DNA of 58,958 nt, filler included, from Catajapyx aquilonaris (GCA_000934665.2; 2 parts of 2 records of this genome joined end to end with filler, not necessarily neighbours in it); one strand, 5' to 3'; positions 27,093-40,170 are shown, counted from the whole stretch's first letter. Notes: generated by a model not told the origin, from the sequence alone. Translations and numbers: made by a program.

Positions 27093-27716
27093 TCATTCAA
27101 AGGTACCAAAAACATCAGAAAAGGCTTTTTGATCTTTGATGCCACCATATCGGACAATGATGTACAGCACCTGAGGCGATGTGTATCGTCCCACTTTCCA
27201 ATAAACATCACTAGGAGTTCCAGCAGTTTCACTAAATGGTACAATATCACCTTTTGACACAATAAAATCCTCACGCCCACCCCAAAAAGTCAAGTGAGAA
27301 AGCTTGACGGTATCATTTTTCTGGTTGACATAGACCAAGCCTATTAACTTCCTAAAGAATTCTCCCATGATATACAACATTGTGCAGGCTACAATTCCTG
27401 CAGCTGAAGCAGCGGTAAATGTATCAGCAGATAAGTAGTCAAAGTATGTCATTCCTGCCATGGGTGGCAATGCTCCGATACTCACTACTGTTTGGTAAAC
27501 TTTCAGCTTGTTTATTGCGCGTGCATGAACAATGAAGGGGAACCTGTAGATTGCTGTGAAGTCAGGTTGTTCTGTGGCCTCCACAGGTGGATTAGTTGAT
27601 GACATGCTGCAGAAATTACGTTGTGGCATAAGTTTTTCCCAAGCAGTCCGGGCAGTTCCCATGCAGCTCCGCCCATGGCAAAACCATCTTCCTATGATAT
27701 GCATGTGACAAGCCAT
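27093..27716 (-). CDS. TMEM186: Transmembrane protein 186 (mitochondrial complex I assembly-associated), 207 aa
   Basis: YRFPFIVHARAINKLKVYQT, two hydrophobic helices and VKLSHLTFWGGR fit the TMEM186 family. A splice acceptor (ttttgtag) ends at 27723 and an in-frame TGA sits directly before the ATG. Confidence 0.9.
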   Translation of the reverse strand: MACHMHIIGRWFCHGRSCMGTARTAWEKLMPQRNFCSMSSTNPPVEATEQPDFTAIYRFPFIVHARAINKLKVYQTVVSIGALPPMAGMTYFDYLSADTFTAASAAGIVACTMLYIMGEFFRKLIGLVYVNQKNDTVKLSHLTFWGGREDFIVSKGDIVPFSETAGTPSDVYWKVGRYTSPQVLYIIVRYGGIKDQKAFSDVFGTFE

Positions 27717-29471
27717 TCACACCTACAAAAGAAATGGAAAGTAGCGGTATTGTAAGTGCCACTTGGTGTTCCAATAAGTTGAATTACCTTACCACTTCTA
27801 GTGCACCTATATTTATTACTTAATTTAGTTAGTTTTCAATGACAAAATAAAACAGCCACAGATTCCCATGATGTAGCCAAACCTGAGCCAAACTGTCATT
27901 TGTTTTTACTTTTTTAGCTGTGAAGCTCATAATGGTGATTGTGGATGTCTCACTTTAGCTAACAACTGCTTTGTTGTGGTATCAGAATTCTAATTCAGAT
28001 TGAGCTCTATTTTAGTGCCTTTTTAAACGAGCATTTTGTTACTAAAATGATATAAGAACTCACTACAAATTTTCTACATTATAAAAGAAATATGCAACTA
28101 ATATCAGATGTAGCAACTATTTCTAAAATGGCCAATAACTCCCGTACAGTCCACTACACTTCCACGGAGACGACGGAGACACTTCCTTGAATTTCTCACT
28201 AGATGGTATCCTGTAAGTACAGGATGCCGGCTCCTTTCTTCCACGTGCTTCATCAGTTCTACTTCCAGCTGGACCACGGCAGCACGATCTCTCAAGCTGC
28301 CCTCTGCCCGCAGGGTACAACAGTATCATCTTCCTGAAGACTGTTATGTTCGACACCAACCGCCAGGGGCCCCTTGGCGAGGATGCTGCTCTGTAGTGGT
28401 TGGTAATTGAACTGTATGAGGTATTTGGCAGTGTTGGGCGACGCAGTCTGGAATTTTCTGGATTCTTGGTCCTTCGGCCCTTCGGGTGTGTGGTACGGCA
28501 GCTTCCATTCGTTCTTCCACGCGGTTGACGAAGGGTGGCCAGGCCTAGGAGGAAGATCCTTGGCCCATGTCGGACGTGATTACTTCGGCAGAAGCGGACA
28601 CCGAAGGCCCTCAGCAGCACGTGAAAAAGTTCGTGTTTAGATCCAACGCTCGGCAAGTAGAGGAAGTCTTGGAGGTTGTTATACCAGAGGTATTACGATC
28701 CTGGTCCTAATGTTGTTTTGCTATTGGAATTTGAATTGTCAACATGGAGGGAGGGAGAGAGTGTGGTTAAGGAGTTGGTCACACATGTAGGGGAGTTGTC
28801 GCCTGCAACAAACCTATGTGACCACTGCCTCCAAGGGTTACACATTTCCTATAAATTTGAAGGAGAGACACTGCTTTTGTGCAACGTTCATGCCACATTC
28901 ATCTTGGGCCCTGGCAACAAATGAAAACACGCCTTGAAACAAATCATGTGCCATCACAGGAGACTTGCAAGAAATCTTAAGATGGGACAGTCACACCCCT
29001 CATCAAACAAATCATGGGGCTTGGGAGCTAAGAAGAATGGGGTCTAAGTATTGCAGGAAAATAGCTCTACTTTCAGGAGGTATTTTCCTGTAAGCAGTTG
29101 CAAGCAAATGAAGACAATATTGGTCACGTAGGTGACTTTGTTGCATGTGTGACCAGAGTTTTTCTCCGTGTTCTTCAAAATGGGGTGGCTTCCACTCAGA
29201 TTTGTTGTTAGTAGTCACAGAGGTAATTATGCAGGAGCGATGAACAACATATACAGGAAATGTGTGTTTTACTAGGACAAACACTACCTTGACACTTGAC
29301 ACTATTTGGAGTAAAGGAGGCCGCTTTTTGGGGAGAAAAAACCAACTGGAAGTGGGATTTGCAGCTGGTTTTGAGATTGCTCTCCCATTCCACTGCTCCA
29401 GGGCTGCATGCCGGATCGAGACCTGGCAACTTGGTGTGTGGTCCTGGAGCAGTGGAATGGGAGAGCAATCT

Positions 29472-29571
29472 NNNNNNNNNNNNNNNNNNNNNNNNNNNNN
29501 NNNNNNNNNNNNNNNTTAATTAATTAANNNNNNNNNNNNNNNNNNNNNNNNNNNNNNNNNNNNNNNNNNNN
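29472..29571. other. Artificial scaffolding linker N44-TTAATTAATTAA-N44
   Basis: Exactly 100 nt, with a central palindromic 12-mer that has stops in all six frames. Confidence 0.95.
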
Positions 29572-30267
29572 ATTGCTCCAAGAGCAAGTCACACGTGGGG
29601 AATTCTCATGGGCTGGTTGGTCATGTTGTTTCCTCTGCATCTGTATCAATTCCTGTCTGCAGCTCTGATGTTCCAAGGTTGTTGAGAGGTCCTGGACCTT
29701 TCTTTTTTATTTTAATCCAAAGAAATGTTCCATGGAGCCGTCTAACACCTGCATTAATCTCATGAGGGTCTAAAGTATTTCATTTCCATGCAGTCTGCTG
29801 AAATGACTCCACGTGGATTATTCTCAGGGTAAGGAAATGGAAAATATTAGTAAAAAATTTTTACTGTGGGGTTTTAAAAATATTTCCTCTACAGTCCATT
29901 GTAGATTGGGGAGGTGAAATCGCTGGTACTGTCCCTATGTCCATATCTGGTTGAAAAAATTCGGCAAGTCCATACCACCATGGCTGCCGTACTGGTGCCA
30001 CACCTGCTGACCCACTTGCGGGCCAGCACATACCGCCCAAGTTGGGATCTGAGGTTCTTAATTTTTGTTTGATATTGGCAGGTGAGGTGTTAACATACAC
30101 CCGATAAACAGATAACCCCCATGGTTGTGTTGTATGCATCAATAACTCCTGGCCTAGGTACAGTCGCCCAAGGAAGTATCTTTACACCTCGAAAATCCCA
30201 CTCATCCTGTAGGGTATGAGACACACCATAAAATCAGTGTGAAATTTTAACAGCACTTGTGAGCGGT

Positions 30268-33062
30268 GCCAGATGTTGGGGGGTGGGGAGGGGATTGGGA
30301 AGCTGGGGGAGGTGAAAAAAAGTACAGATAAAACCCGCGACTTGGGTGTATTGGAGGCATGTGGCATTGACCTTCCAACCCTGGGCATGCAACATGATAA
30401 GACTCTGGCCTAAGGAAGATAACTCATTTTGGGGCTATATTGATAAAATGTGCATTTCCCCCTCATGCACTTGAGTCGGAAGGCAAGGCAATAATTCTGG
30501 CAATGTAGCCACGTTAGTGGTGGTGACAGTTGCCTTAGATTACAGATCAATAGGACATAATGAATTGTGCAGTTGTAAGGAAATGTCAGCTGTCAATCAC
30601 CAGTCCTATTCCCTAGCATAATTGCAAGCATAAATAACGCAACATTTACGCTCGCAAACATCTTAAATCGACAACTTAAGATAACTGAAGAGCAGATATC
30701 ACACTGCAGGTCTGCAGCACAAATATTGCAAATTGTATTCACATGGAATGGAAAAGTCCAAATGATTAGCGGAAAATGTGAATAAAAGTTATCTGCCTAT
30801 TGCTTTCGATGGGAGCTCCATTAATTATGGCCGTTTGGTGATGAGTAGGCTAAAGTCTTGAAAAAAAAAAAAAACACATCACAAATGATGTAAAATGACC
30901 TCCTGTTCATTGTAAATTTACCTATCCCCCCCCATGCAATTTATGTTAAAAAGAAGAAGAAAACAGGAAGTCAGTCCCCCTCCCAACTAATTTTAAGGCT
31001 TGGTTTATATTATTTTTAAAAAATAGTGAAGGGAAAGCGACAACAACGGTATGCAAATAAGTCATGGTTTATTAATGACTAGTCCAATGACCATCCAGAT
31101 CAATGCATTATTATAGACGTTTTGGCATGGATCGGACTGGGTTTGCACAAAAAATGCCAAAACGACTACAAAAATGCATTGATCTGGATGGTCATTGGAC
31201 TGGTCATTAATAAACCATTTTGCATACCGGTACCGTTGTTGTCGCTTTCCCTTCACTATTTTAAAAATAATAATATAAACCAAACCCTTAAAATTAGATG
31301 GGAGGGGGACTGACTTCCTGTTTTCTTCTTCTTTTTAACATAAATTGCATGGGGGGATAGGTAAATTTACAATGAACAGGAGGTCATTTTACATCATTTG
31401 TGACGTGTTTTTGTTTTCAAGACTTTAGCCTACTCATCACCAAATGGCCATAATTAATGGAGCACCCATCGAAAGAAACAGGCAGCTAACTTTTATTCAC
31501 ATTTTCCGCTAATCATTTGGACTTCTCCATTCCATGCGAATACAATTTGCAATATTTGTGCTGCAGTGTGACATTTGCTCTTCAGTTATCTTAAGTTGTC
31601 GATTTAAGATGTTTGTGAGCATAAATGTTGCGTTATTTATGCTTGCAATTATGCTAGGGCATAGGACTGGTGATTGACAGCTGACATTTCCTTACAACTG
31701 CACAATTGAATGGCCCTCTGGAACAAAGGCCCAAGTCCAGTCCAAGAAATGGGTGGGAACGAAGGAAATATTTTTTTCCTGGGCATGGCAATGAGCCCTA
31801 GGCATTTGACTTCGTGAAACAGGTCCGTAAAGGCCACCCGAATATATGGTGAGATTCCCGCAGCGATACAACAATCAGGGGAACCGTATTTTGCAATTTA
31901 CTGATTTGGACTTGGGCTTTTGTTCCGTGGGGAATGATGGACTTGGGCTCACGTGGATTGCTGAAAACGAATTCTGTTCAGTGGCTGCTAATATTAAACT
32001 CAGTTTGCGCGATGAAGCAACATTATGCCGTACCAATATTGCTTTCACAGGGTCAAATATGCGTACTGTGCATGCCTATGGCACTCCCAAATGACCATTC
32101 GACGACAGTTGATATTCTTTCTTGCTGCATACTCGTGTTGCACTGGTGGACATGTCATTCCTTTGGGGTCAGTCAGACACCAAGAGGGGTATACTGGCCG
32201 AGGCCGTCTTCAGTTGAACTCCAGGATGCGACTCTGCCTGACGTCCAAATGACGCGTGCTGGGTGTTGATTAGCCTTGCCTGCTTGCCCAGCATAAGTCA
32301 TTTGGACGTCAGGCAGAGTCGCATCCTGGAGTTCAACTGAAGAATGACATGCCCACCAGTGCAACACGAGTATGCAGCAAGAAAGAATATCAACTGTTGT
32401 CGAATGGTCGTTTGGGAGTACCATATAGGCATGTACAGTACGCATATTTGACCCTGTGAAAGCAATATTGGTACGGCATAATGTTGCTTCATCGCGCAAA
32501 CTGTGTTTAATATTAGCAGCCACTGAATTCGTTTTCAGCAATCCACGTTCCTATGGAACAAAAGCCCAAGTCCAAATCAAAATACGGTTCCCCTGATTGT
32601 TGTATCGCTGCGGGAATCTCACCATATATTCGGGTGGCCTTTACTGACCTGTTTCACGAAGTCAAATGCCTAGGGCTCATTGCCATGCCCAGGAAAAAAA
32701 TATTTCCTTCGTTCCCACCCATTTCTTGGACTGCACTTGGGCTTTTGTTCCAGAGGGCCATTCAATTCATTATGTCCTATTAATCAGTAATCTAAGGCAA
32801 CTGTCACCACCACTAACGTGGCTACATTGCCAGAATTATTGCCTTGCCTTCGGACTCATGTGCGTGAGGGGGAAATGCACATTTTATCAATATAGCTCCA
32901 AAATGAGTGATCTTCCTTTGGCCAGAGTCTTATCAGGTTGCATGCCCGGGGTTGGAAGGTTAATGCCACCTGCCTCCAATACACCCAAGTCGCAGGTCTT
33001 ATCTGTACTTGTTTTTCACCTCCCCCAGCTTCCCAATCCCCTCCCCACCCCGTACATCTGGC
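30268..33062. repeat. Large foldback element (outer palindrome) with a second foldback nested in its left arm
   Basis: 30268-30566 pairs with 32763-33062, and 31704-32253 pairs with 32298-32767. Confidence 0.9.
30567..31703. mobile_element. 1137-bp foldback transposon with an AATT TSD (Sola1-type target)
   Basis: AATT-GTGCAGTTGTAAGG...CCTTACAACTGCAC-AATT with arms of about 560 bp. The uninserted site ATGAATTGAATGGCC is visible in the opposite arm of the host. Confidence 0.8.
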
Positions 33063-33576
33063 CAGGTAATGAACAGACAAAACTGCAATTTTTTAAGGAT
33101 GTCCTCCATATTGTTTGCAACAACTTAATGCATTGTGGGATTTGTGATATCAATCCATCTCTTAATGGTAAATAATTGAAAGTACACATTCTAGTGTCAC
33201 AATAGAAGACCTGATAAGCTAATGTTGTTAAGCGACATTTCTCAAACTTTTCAGGGGAGCAGAATGAAAAAATCGTTTTCGTCAGGTTTACAAACATTCG
33301 CAAACAAACATACCAGTATGTGATGGAGAAATACATCGGGAATGCTCTCCTGACAATGAAAAGTTATTTGGGCCCCATGTCAAAGGTCACGGGACAATAT
33401 ATTGGCTTGCACACAACAACATTAGATATGAAGCACAACAAAAGTTGTGAAGTGCCCATCACCTCCGCATACAAAATCATGCACCTTTGACACTGCTGCA
33501 TCAATCAGCCACCAAATCCATCACGTAACCCCAGTAGGTGCCATTCAACGTCCACAGGGTTTTCGGTGTCTGCATC

Positions 33577-34340
33577 ATCGCAAGAAAGGTGCCTCAGGTT
33601 TTGTTGCACAAGGAGCATCATGGTTATCTTTCAGTTCTGCCTCACATTGTATGCAGAAGTCGCACACATCACATTTTGGTCTGCGGAAGGCATACTCACA
33701 TTTCTCTCTGAAATAGCGGTGATATGTGGCATAAGACATTTTTAGAAGTAACCCAGTCTGCTCGAAATAATATTGGCGAAAGAGTCTGTGTAATCCCTTG
33801 GTGCAGAGGCTTGGGTTGCTCTTGTTGCGGGAGTAATGTGATGGTTGGCTTGGGATGAGAGCCAAATGATCTTGCAGCGTTTTCCACACACACTGCTGAA
33901 TTTTATGTGGACGGTTCTTGTGTGACCACCTCTTCTCTTGCATGGCAACATTGCGTGTCATAAATGTGATAGTATTTTAGTAAAAACAATGCAATCATAT
34001 CTGCCTCTACATGTTATTTAGGGACTGAGTTGGTTATCCTCACATACCTGCCTTCACATTCTCTAGGATTATCCTAATCCTTTTTGGTGTTACGCTCAAT
34101 ACTTGCAACAGAAACTTCTGGTACACCTCTGTTTTGCTGTGGCTGGACATACTCGTATGCAAAGTATTTCCATGTGCACTGTCGATTTTTTGTTTTTACT
34201 GCAGAGTGAGGACGGGCAATAGTACCTCGTTCTAGACATGCCAACAGGAAAGTGTCCTGTTGCTGTTTGTTGCCCATATTCCAGAAGTGCTCAAAAAACG
34301 AATCTTGTTCCGCTATGATGACCTGTGAGAAATGACAAGA
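33577..34340 (-). pseudogene. Sola1-like transposase, N-terminal fragment
   Basis: FWNMGNKQQQDTFL, VCQKFLL, SHYSR and FRRPKCDVCDFC motifs, with frameshifts. Confidence 0.7.
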
Positions 34341-34545
34341 CATTTTATAGCCCTACACGTAAAAAAAGGTAGACTACTTCCATTATTGGTGTGACAATAT
34401 TCAGGTTAGGTTTTGTTGGTAAAATACAGAGTTGTAGGCGGACACTACTGTTACAGGTGCACACATTGGCAGACCATATAATGGAACCAGCCAGTCTCCA
34501 CGTGTGTTCATCCAGACATAGCTTATTACCTTCTTGTAGCACTGC

Positions 34546-35124
34546 CTAGTCCAGCATGAAGTTGTTCGTGTCCACTCCTTGGCAGGAACAAGCAGACCAG
34601 CATATTAAGTAGTATAGCTCTGTCCTCTTTTCATCTGCCCACAACTTCTTATGCACTGTTCTCTTGTACAATAAGCTGTCATTTTCTCTCAGCAGAAAAG
34701 GCACCAGTCTTATGGCTGTTACAAGTTCATTGGTGGGGGGTTGCGCGGCAATTTTCTGGTGCTCCTCCAAAATTAATGCCATATTGACTGGTACCTTCTT
34801 AATTTGTTTTGCAATTTCAATAATTTTGTGTGCACATTCACCAAGTGACTGACAGAATACTAAGCTTATTTCAGTGCCCACGAGCAAGCGGAACTCTTGC
34901 ACAATTCCGTCTGCTGTAAATAGCAATGGAAAGGTCGCCCTGATATCGGACATTGACTTACCATTTAGTATTTGTGCTCGCCTATCAGGAAAACATTGCC
35001 TCATTTTTTGCAACACGGACTGATTTTCTCGCTCTGATGTGGGCTTTTTGCTCTCTTTTTGCTGTGAGTTTTTTCTCTTCTTTTCCCCGGGCGGCTCCGC
35101 GATTGGCAGGATCTGGTCCAGCAC
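34546..35124 (-). pseudogene. CACTA/EnSpm-associated accessory ORF fragment (SAMD3-like C-terminal domain)
   Basis: RRAQILNGKSMSDIRATFPLLF...QEFRLL pattern. Confidence 0.45.
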
Positions 35125-35979
35125 TGGGTTGATAGGGGCCTGTTTTGGCCCTTGCTTAGTAGTTGACCCTCCTTTCTTGATTTTGGAAGGTCCTGGTCTT
35201 AGGGCTGTTGGCTAGGTTTTTATCCTTTTTGTGGGGTCAAGGATGAGGGACTGATATGAAGATTTTGAGTTTTTCTTCAATGGACGTTTTAATTTGTTTA
35301 ATAAGGGTACGGAGACTTTGATGGTCGTTTTTTTGGAGGTTTGTTCAAAATTAAATAAACCCGGGGTACGCCGAATCAGATCAATTAAAGAATACTACAG
35401 TTCATTTCAATGTCTCTATTTGTCCTCATCACAGCTGACAACCAAACGCAGCACCTGACATGACACGTTTCACCCTACAGGGCTCGTCAGAGGTGCATGA
35501 CTGTAACATTGAAAGCTGGTCCCTCTGCTGCTTTTAAAACGGATGGAGGTTCCGCTGACACTGCTGCTCCTTGATCAGATCCTGATCGTGGCGGTGTTCC
35601 TGGTACTGCGTCATCAGGTTGCAGTGTGACTGGGATTTCAACTGCTTTGGTTCGAGTGTTGCCTATATATGCTGTGTATAGGTCTGCCAAAGCCTTTTTG
35701 CGAGTTATAGCGCGAAGGATGCGTTCTCGCACTTTCTTCCCTGCTCTCCTTCTTCTCTTCTGGAGCAGGGATGGATGGGAGAATGGGGGATGGTTGGTAG
35801 GGTCCATTGGGTCTGGTGTTGTTTATGTAATGCGGTTTTAAGAATTGGAGGTAGGCTTAAGATGTGTCTTAGCCGCTTTGGTTTGGAGATATAGGGGTGG
35901 TGTGGTTTCTCAGGTTGGGTAATGGGTGTTTTTGGTGTGGTTTTGAGGGTGGGTGTGGGGATTGTGACATGGGGGAGGA

Positions 35980-36260
35980 GAGGTGGGGTGTGATCTTGTT
36001 CTGGAGGAAATTGTGATGTTGGGTAATATTTCCTGAGACGATCTCGATGAACCAGCTGGGTTTTTCCGTTGTCAATTTTCACAATTTGGAAAAGGACTGG
36101 TCCTCGTCTCTGCATTACTCTGTGTGGTCCATCCCATAGACTGAAAAATTTCTGGCTTAGGCCTACTGGAGTCTGGGGTCTGTGTAGTAGGACCAAATCA
36201 CCCTGTTTTATGTGTTTAGGGCGAGGTTTCCTGTCGTCTTGCTCACCTTGCATTATCAAA
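35980..36260 (-). pseudogene. Ty3/Gypsy integrase C-terminal (GPY/F) fragment
   Basis: GDLVLL...KFFSLWDGPHRV...VHRDRLRKY. Confidence 0.8.
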
Positions 36261-37322
36261 GTGTGGAAATCATCTGTATAATGATTGCTTTTTTCTGGCC
36301 AGTTGCACTCCAGACTTTCAGTAGCTGGGGCGCCATACCACCTGTGACAGGAAATCAAAACATCAAATTTAAGAATGAGAGTGATACCGTGGAAGTCCAA
36401 AAATAGTCCTACAGCCATAAAAATGTCTAGTACAAATTCCGCTTATTACTTATTACTGCATATAAGTGGAGCGACAGGGTCAGATATTATTGGTAACTGT
36501 CAGCCAGCCGGAGGAGAATATTATTCTCCAAACTTGTAACTGCATATTACAGGCAGATGCTGTTCTTAAATGTGTGTTATGACCATCTTCATAAAATACA
36601 TTGTGAAGGATATTGGCCAAAGCTAAAGTCTCATTAAAAATGAAAATTGCTTCATCTGTCAAGAGTACACTCCAACCCTATTCAGTTACTGACATAATTT
36701 TCCAGGAGTAACACACGGACATTCACACGTTTATGTTGGCGCGTTTTTGCCAACCAAATTCATATGGCGCTTCCTAAGGCTGTTATTTTGTTCCAGCAAA
36801 AATACTGCGGCCTTCCTCTTTCGAAAAATGCCCTGATTTGTGAGAGTTGATAAATATTTGGTGTCGATGGACGCGGTTGAAGTTTGGCAACACACTGACG
36901 CACAGAAACGACCTTTCTGCGTAACTCAATATCAGCTTGAAAATCCTGTCAACTTGGAAAAGTTATACCTGTTGTCCTTACACAATGTGACAGAGCAGTC
37001 TCTCGTGATTCCATTTCAGCTAAAGTAATCCGAAGGTATCTTTTCATTACCGCATGGACGTACGGTTGTCCGTAACAATGCTGGGTAACACACGGACAGT
37101 TGCGAATTCTTGTACATTTGTGAGGTCTCCCGATTAAAAACATGCTTATTTGGAGTCAATGGAAATAGCTTTATTAATTGTTTACATGACAGATTCACAA
37201 TATGAATCACATGTCACAAATTATATGACTGTGTGTACATGTACTTAATATGTGAACACAACATACACGAAATCACCCTTGGGAGTTGGGACAAGAAATA
37301 AATTACTAGGATGTACGGAAGC

Positions 37323-38116
37323 TCACTCTTTCTTGGTGAGACTCACCACATGGAATACATTACCCTCCCCACATGACTCCTGTGCAACTTGCACGGCATA
37401 GCCACTGCACGGAACAATGCAGTGAAATCTACTGGTACCAGGAACTCTTTTCACTTCCGCCCAGAGTTCTTCCAGGTCACTTTTCCATTTCATAATGTCC
37501 TCATTTGAAGCAAATATGACATCCACATTTGGGCAGGCAGTTTTGGCGACATCTGCAAAGTCTTTTGCTGTCAGAACAATAGCTTGGCGGGAGTTGACTC
37601 TACGCCATACAACCCCTTTAATAGTTCCGCCTACCCCGTCAACTACACCCTTTCCATGGCTAGATGCAAAATAATTCCACCTCAGTTTCACTCCACGCAT
37701 TTGTTCCAAGACATATCAGTTCAGACATCAGGAACCTCGATTTAAACTGGGATGCTGCACCATCCGAAAATATATCAATGCGGTGCACTTTAGTCTCCTC
37801 ACACACATTTTCTATCAAAATGGACAAAAAGTGGAAGACACTGACTTTGTCGTGATCCAAATTGTCAGATCCTGTTGCCCTAATCTGCAGTGAGCCACGC
37901 GTACGCTGTGAAAACAGTACACTGATTGTGTCTCCAGTACGCACTCTGCACTTCGTCTTGCAGCTTAAAGTTATAGTTTTGGGAAAAGTCCACCTGAAGG
38001 ACTATGGTATTCCCGTCGACTGCCTTTGTTCTGGCCATAAATGCCTTGTGCTGCATACGTTTCACATGTGTGTGCACTTTAAATTCTGGAACCTGCTTTT
38101 TCATTTCTGCAATTGA
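37323..38116 (-). pseudogene. Sola2-like transposase catalytic fragment
   Basis: VDFSQNY...QDEVQSAYW, SDNLDHD, FSDGAASQFKS and SHGKGVVDGVGG, with frameshifts. Confidence 0.75.
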
Positions 38117-38129
38117 AGGTGTGACCTGA

Positions 38130-38464
38130 GCGGTTAGGATCACACGGAGAATAAGACGTGGCGGTTCGGTTCAAGTACAGTTTATTTGCCAGTTCGAAGT
38201 GTTGCGAGAAGGAAAGCAGGTTCAGGAAGGATCGGTGGGTAACCGATCTGGGTGCGACCAGTTGCCAAGGTATTCCCCAGACAAAGGGCCTCGAGAGCAG
38301 CACAGTACTCTCCTAATATACTCTCGTCCCAGTGCGTGATGGGGAGGTTGCATGGGATAGTCACATGGGAAGCCAAGGTGGTTGATGGGGAGATATAAGC
38401 AAAAGAATATCACGTGACCATTGGTATTGCCATAGTAGAGCGGACAGAATAAAGTGGGGCTACA
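38130..38464 (-). mobile_element. Possible solo LTR
   Basis: The minus strand begins TGTAGCCCC and has AATAAA near its 3' end. Non-coding. Confidence 0.35.
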
Positions 38465-39149
38465 TCAGTAAAGTGACGGTGGGCGACAAATGGTAGTGAA
38501 ATACTAAGGTCACACATCCCCACGCAAAGCACCTTCCCCCTCTCGACAAATGAAAAGCTCCTCTGAGAATGAAAACAGACAGTGAAAACAGAGGAGTCCG
38601 TGGTGGAGAGTTACAAAATGCATGGATCATGGTTGGTCGTACGAACGCGACAAAAGTCGCAACACAAAACACATCAAGAATTTTCTTGAGAATACTTAGT
38701 TCGTATGACAGAGGTTGGGGACGGCCCATTTCTTCGGCCGTTGGCACAAAACGTAAAGTTATACAAAAACAATATATCCGGGCAAAGGTATAGACACAAC
38801 AGGTGGACGTCGATAATCGGTGGTCGTCCAAACACTCACTGCACATTGGGCGTCTTCCCTTTTCCGTCTCACATGCATTCCAAGGCTTCCGGTTGTCGAC
38901 TAGTTCCGACGAGCAGTGTTTCCGTCCGAGCTGATCGCGATGACTCCCCCGGGTGGGTCGGTGTCCGATTGGGCATGGTACAGCACATCAGATGATGAAC
39001 CGCCACCTCCTCGGGTTGTTGGACGTCCGTCAAAAAGGCCAACGTAACGGGGTGTATGCCCCCTCCGACGACGGCGCTGACGGGGTGTGTCCCTCAGGGC
39101 CACGACGAGCGGGGGCGTCAACACAAACGGCAGGATGGGAGTTCCGAAA

Positions 39150-39415
39150 TATCCACACGGGGTGCGGTCGCTCATCGGCGCACAACCCACCACACACATC
39201 CGGTTGAGGTCGATGAGGCAGGGGTTCCCCATCAGAAAGTCGTTGCCGATGATCACCGGTAGAACTGTTGTCTCCAAAATGAGGAACATATGCGTTATGG
39301 TGGATGTACCCCACAGGATAGGAAGGCATATAGTTCCCAAAGGCCGCGCCACATGGCCATCCAACATCACTCCTCGAGGTAGGGCAGTGCGGGTAATGGG
39401 GGGCCGTTCAGCGTC
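39150..39415 (-). pseudogene. LTR-retrotransposon aspartic protease C-terminal half
   Basis: PLGTICLPI...FLILE..LPVIIGNDFL...IDL. Confidence 0.65.
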
Positions 39416-39419
39416 GGAG

Positions 39420-40170
39420 AGGACCTCCCGCTTCCTTTTCTCTTTCTTGACCAGACCGAAACTCCTGTCGCACGGCAGGAAAGAGTGGCCGGGTTCTGGG
39501 AATCTCTGCACCACCTTTTCCAGGATACCTAACTTTACGAGCAAGAACAGATACTCTACCATAACTCGGTTCTTGTTCTGTGCCGAACAGTTATCTGAAA
39601 AAATGTACACAGTCTTCACACCAGGGCTGAGATTGTGTTCCACATAATACTGCACAAGACTGACCACCTCATTTTGACCCTTTCGTCCAACTGTTTCATC
39701 ATGCATAAAAAAATGGCTTTTTCCAGTCTTTGCTGGTGATATTGTTTGCAAGTGGCTTGTAATCCGCTCCAACCGGCTGGTTGTAACACCATGAAGTGCT
39801 GCGAATGCTTTCTTGCAGACGACATTTTCCTGGGTTCCTTCCCTGATCTGCAAAGACACATACAAAATAATAGTGCGCGCTGTTACAAGGTCACATAGTT
39901 GTACGCTAGGCCAGATGAATATAAGGGAAACCATACTTATGTATAATTTTGTGACCCACCTTGTACAAACATGAGTGTTGGCGCTGCTTCCCATTGCCTG
40001 TTTTTGGTCTCCGACGTTGTATGGATTTCTCACTCTTATGCACCCTGCTAGGTATGTGTCTTGCTTCTCTTTATCTGCGATTCCATTGAAAGAATGCAGC
40101 AATCTTTCCCTCTGGTCAGGGTCAAGGGATTCAAAGCACTTGTACTTGCATGAGCAGTCCTTTTCCCAGT
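39420..40170 (-). pseudogene. Sola1-like transposase fragment (internally deleted)
   Basis: QDTYLAGCI, VCKKAFAALHGV, DETVGRKGQNEV, FSDNCSAQNKN and GHSFLPCDRSFG. Confidence 0.8.

Noticed and set aside
38900..40102. 400-aa ORF as a novel transposase-protease fusion gene
   Set aside because: It is a chance in-frame read-through of a deleted Sola fragment (including intron-like sequence) into an LTR protease fragment.
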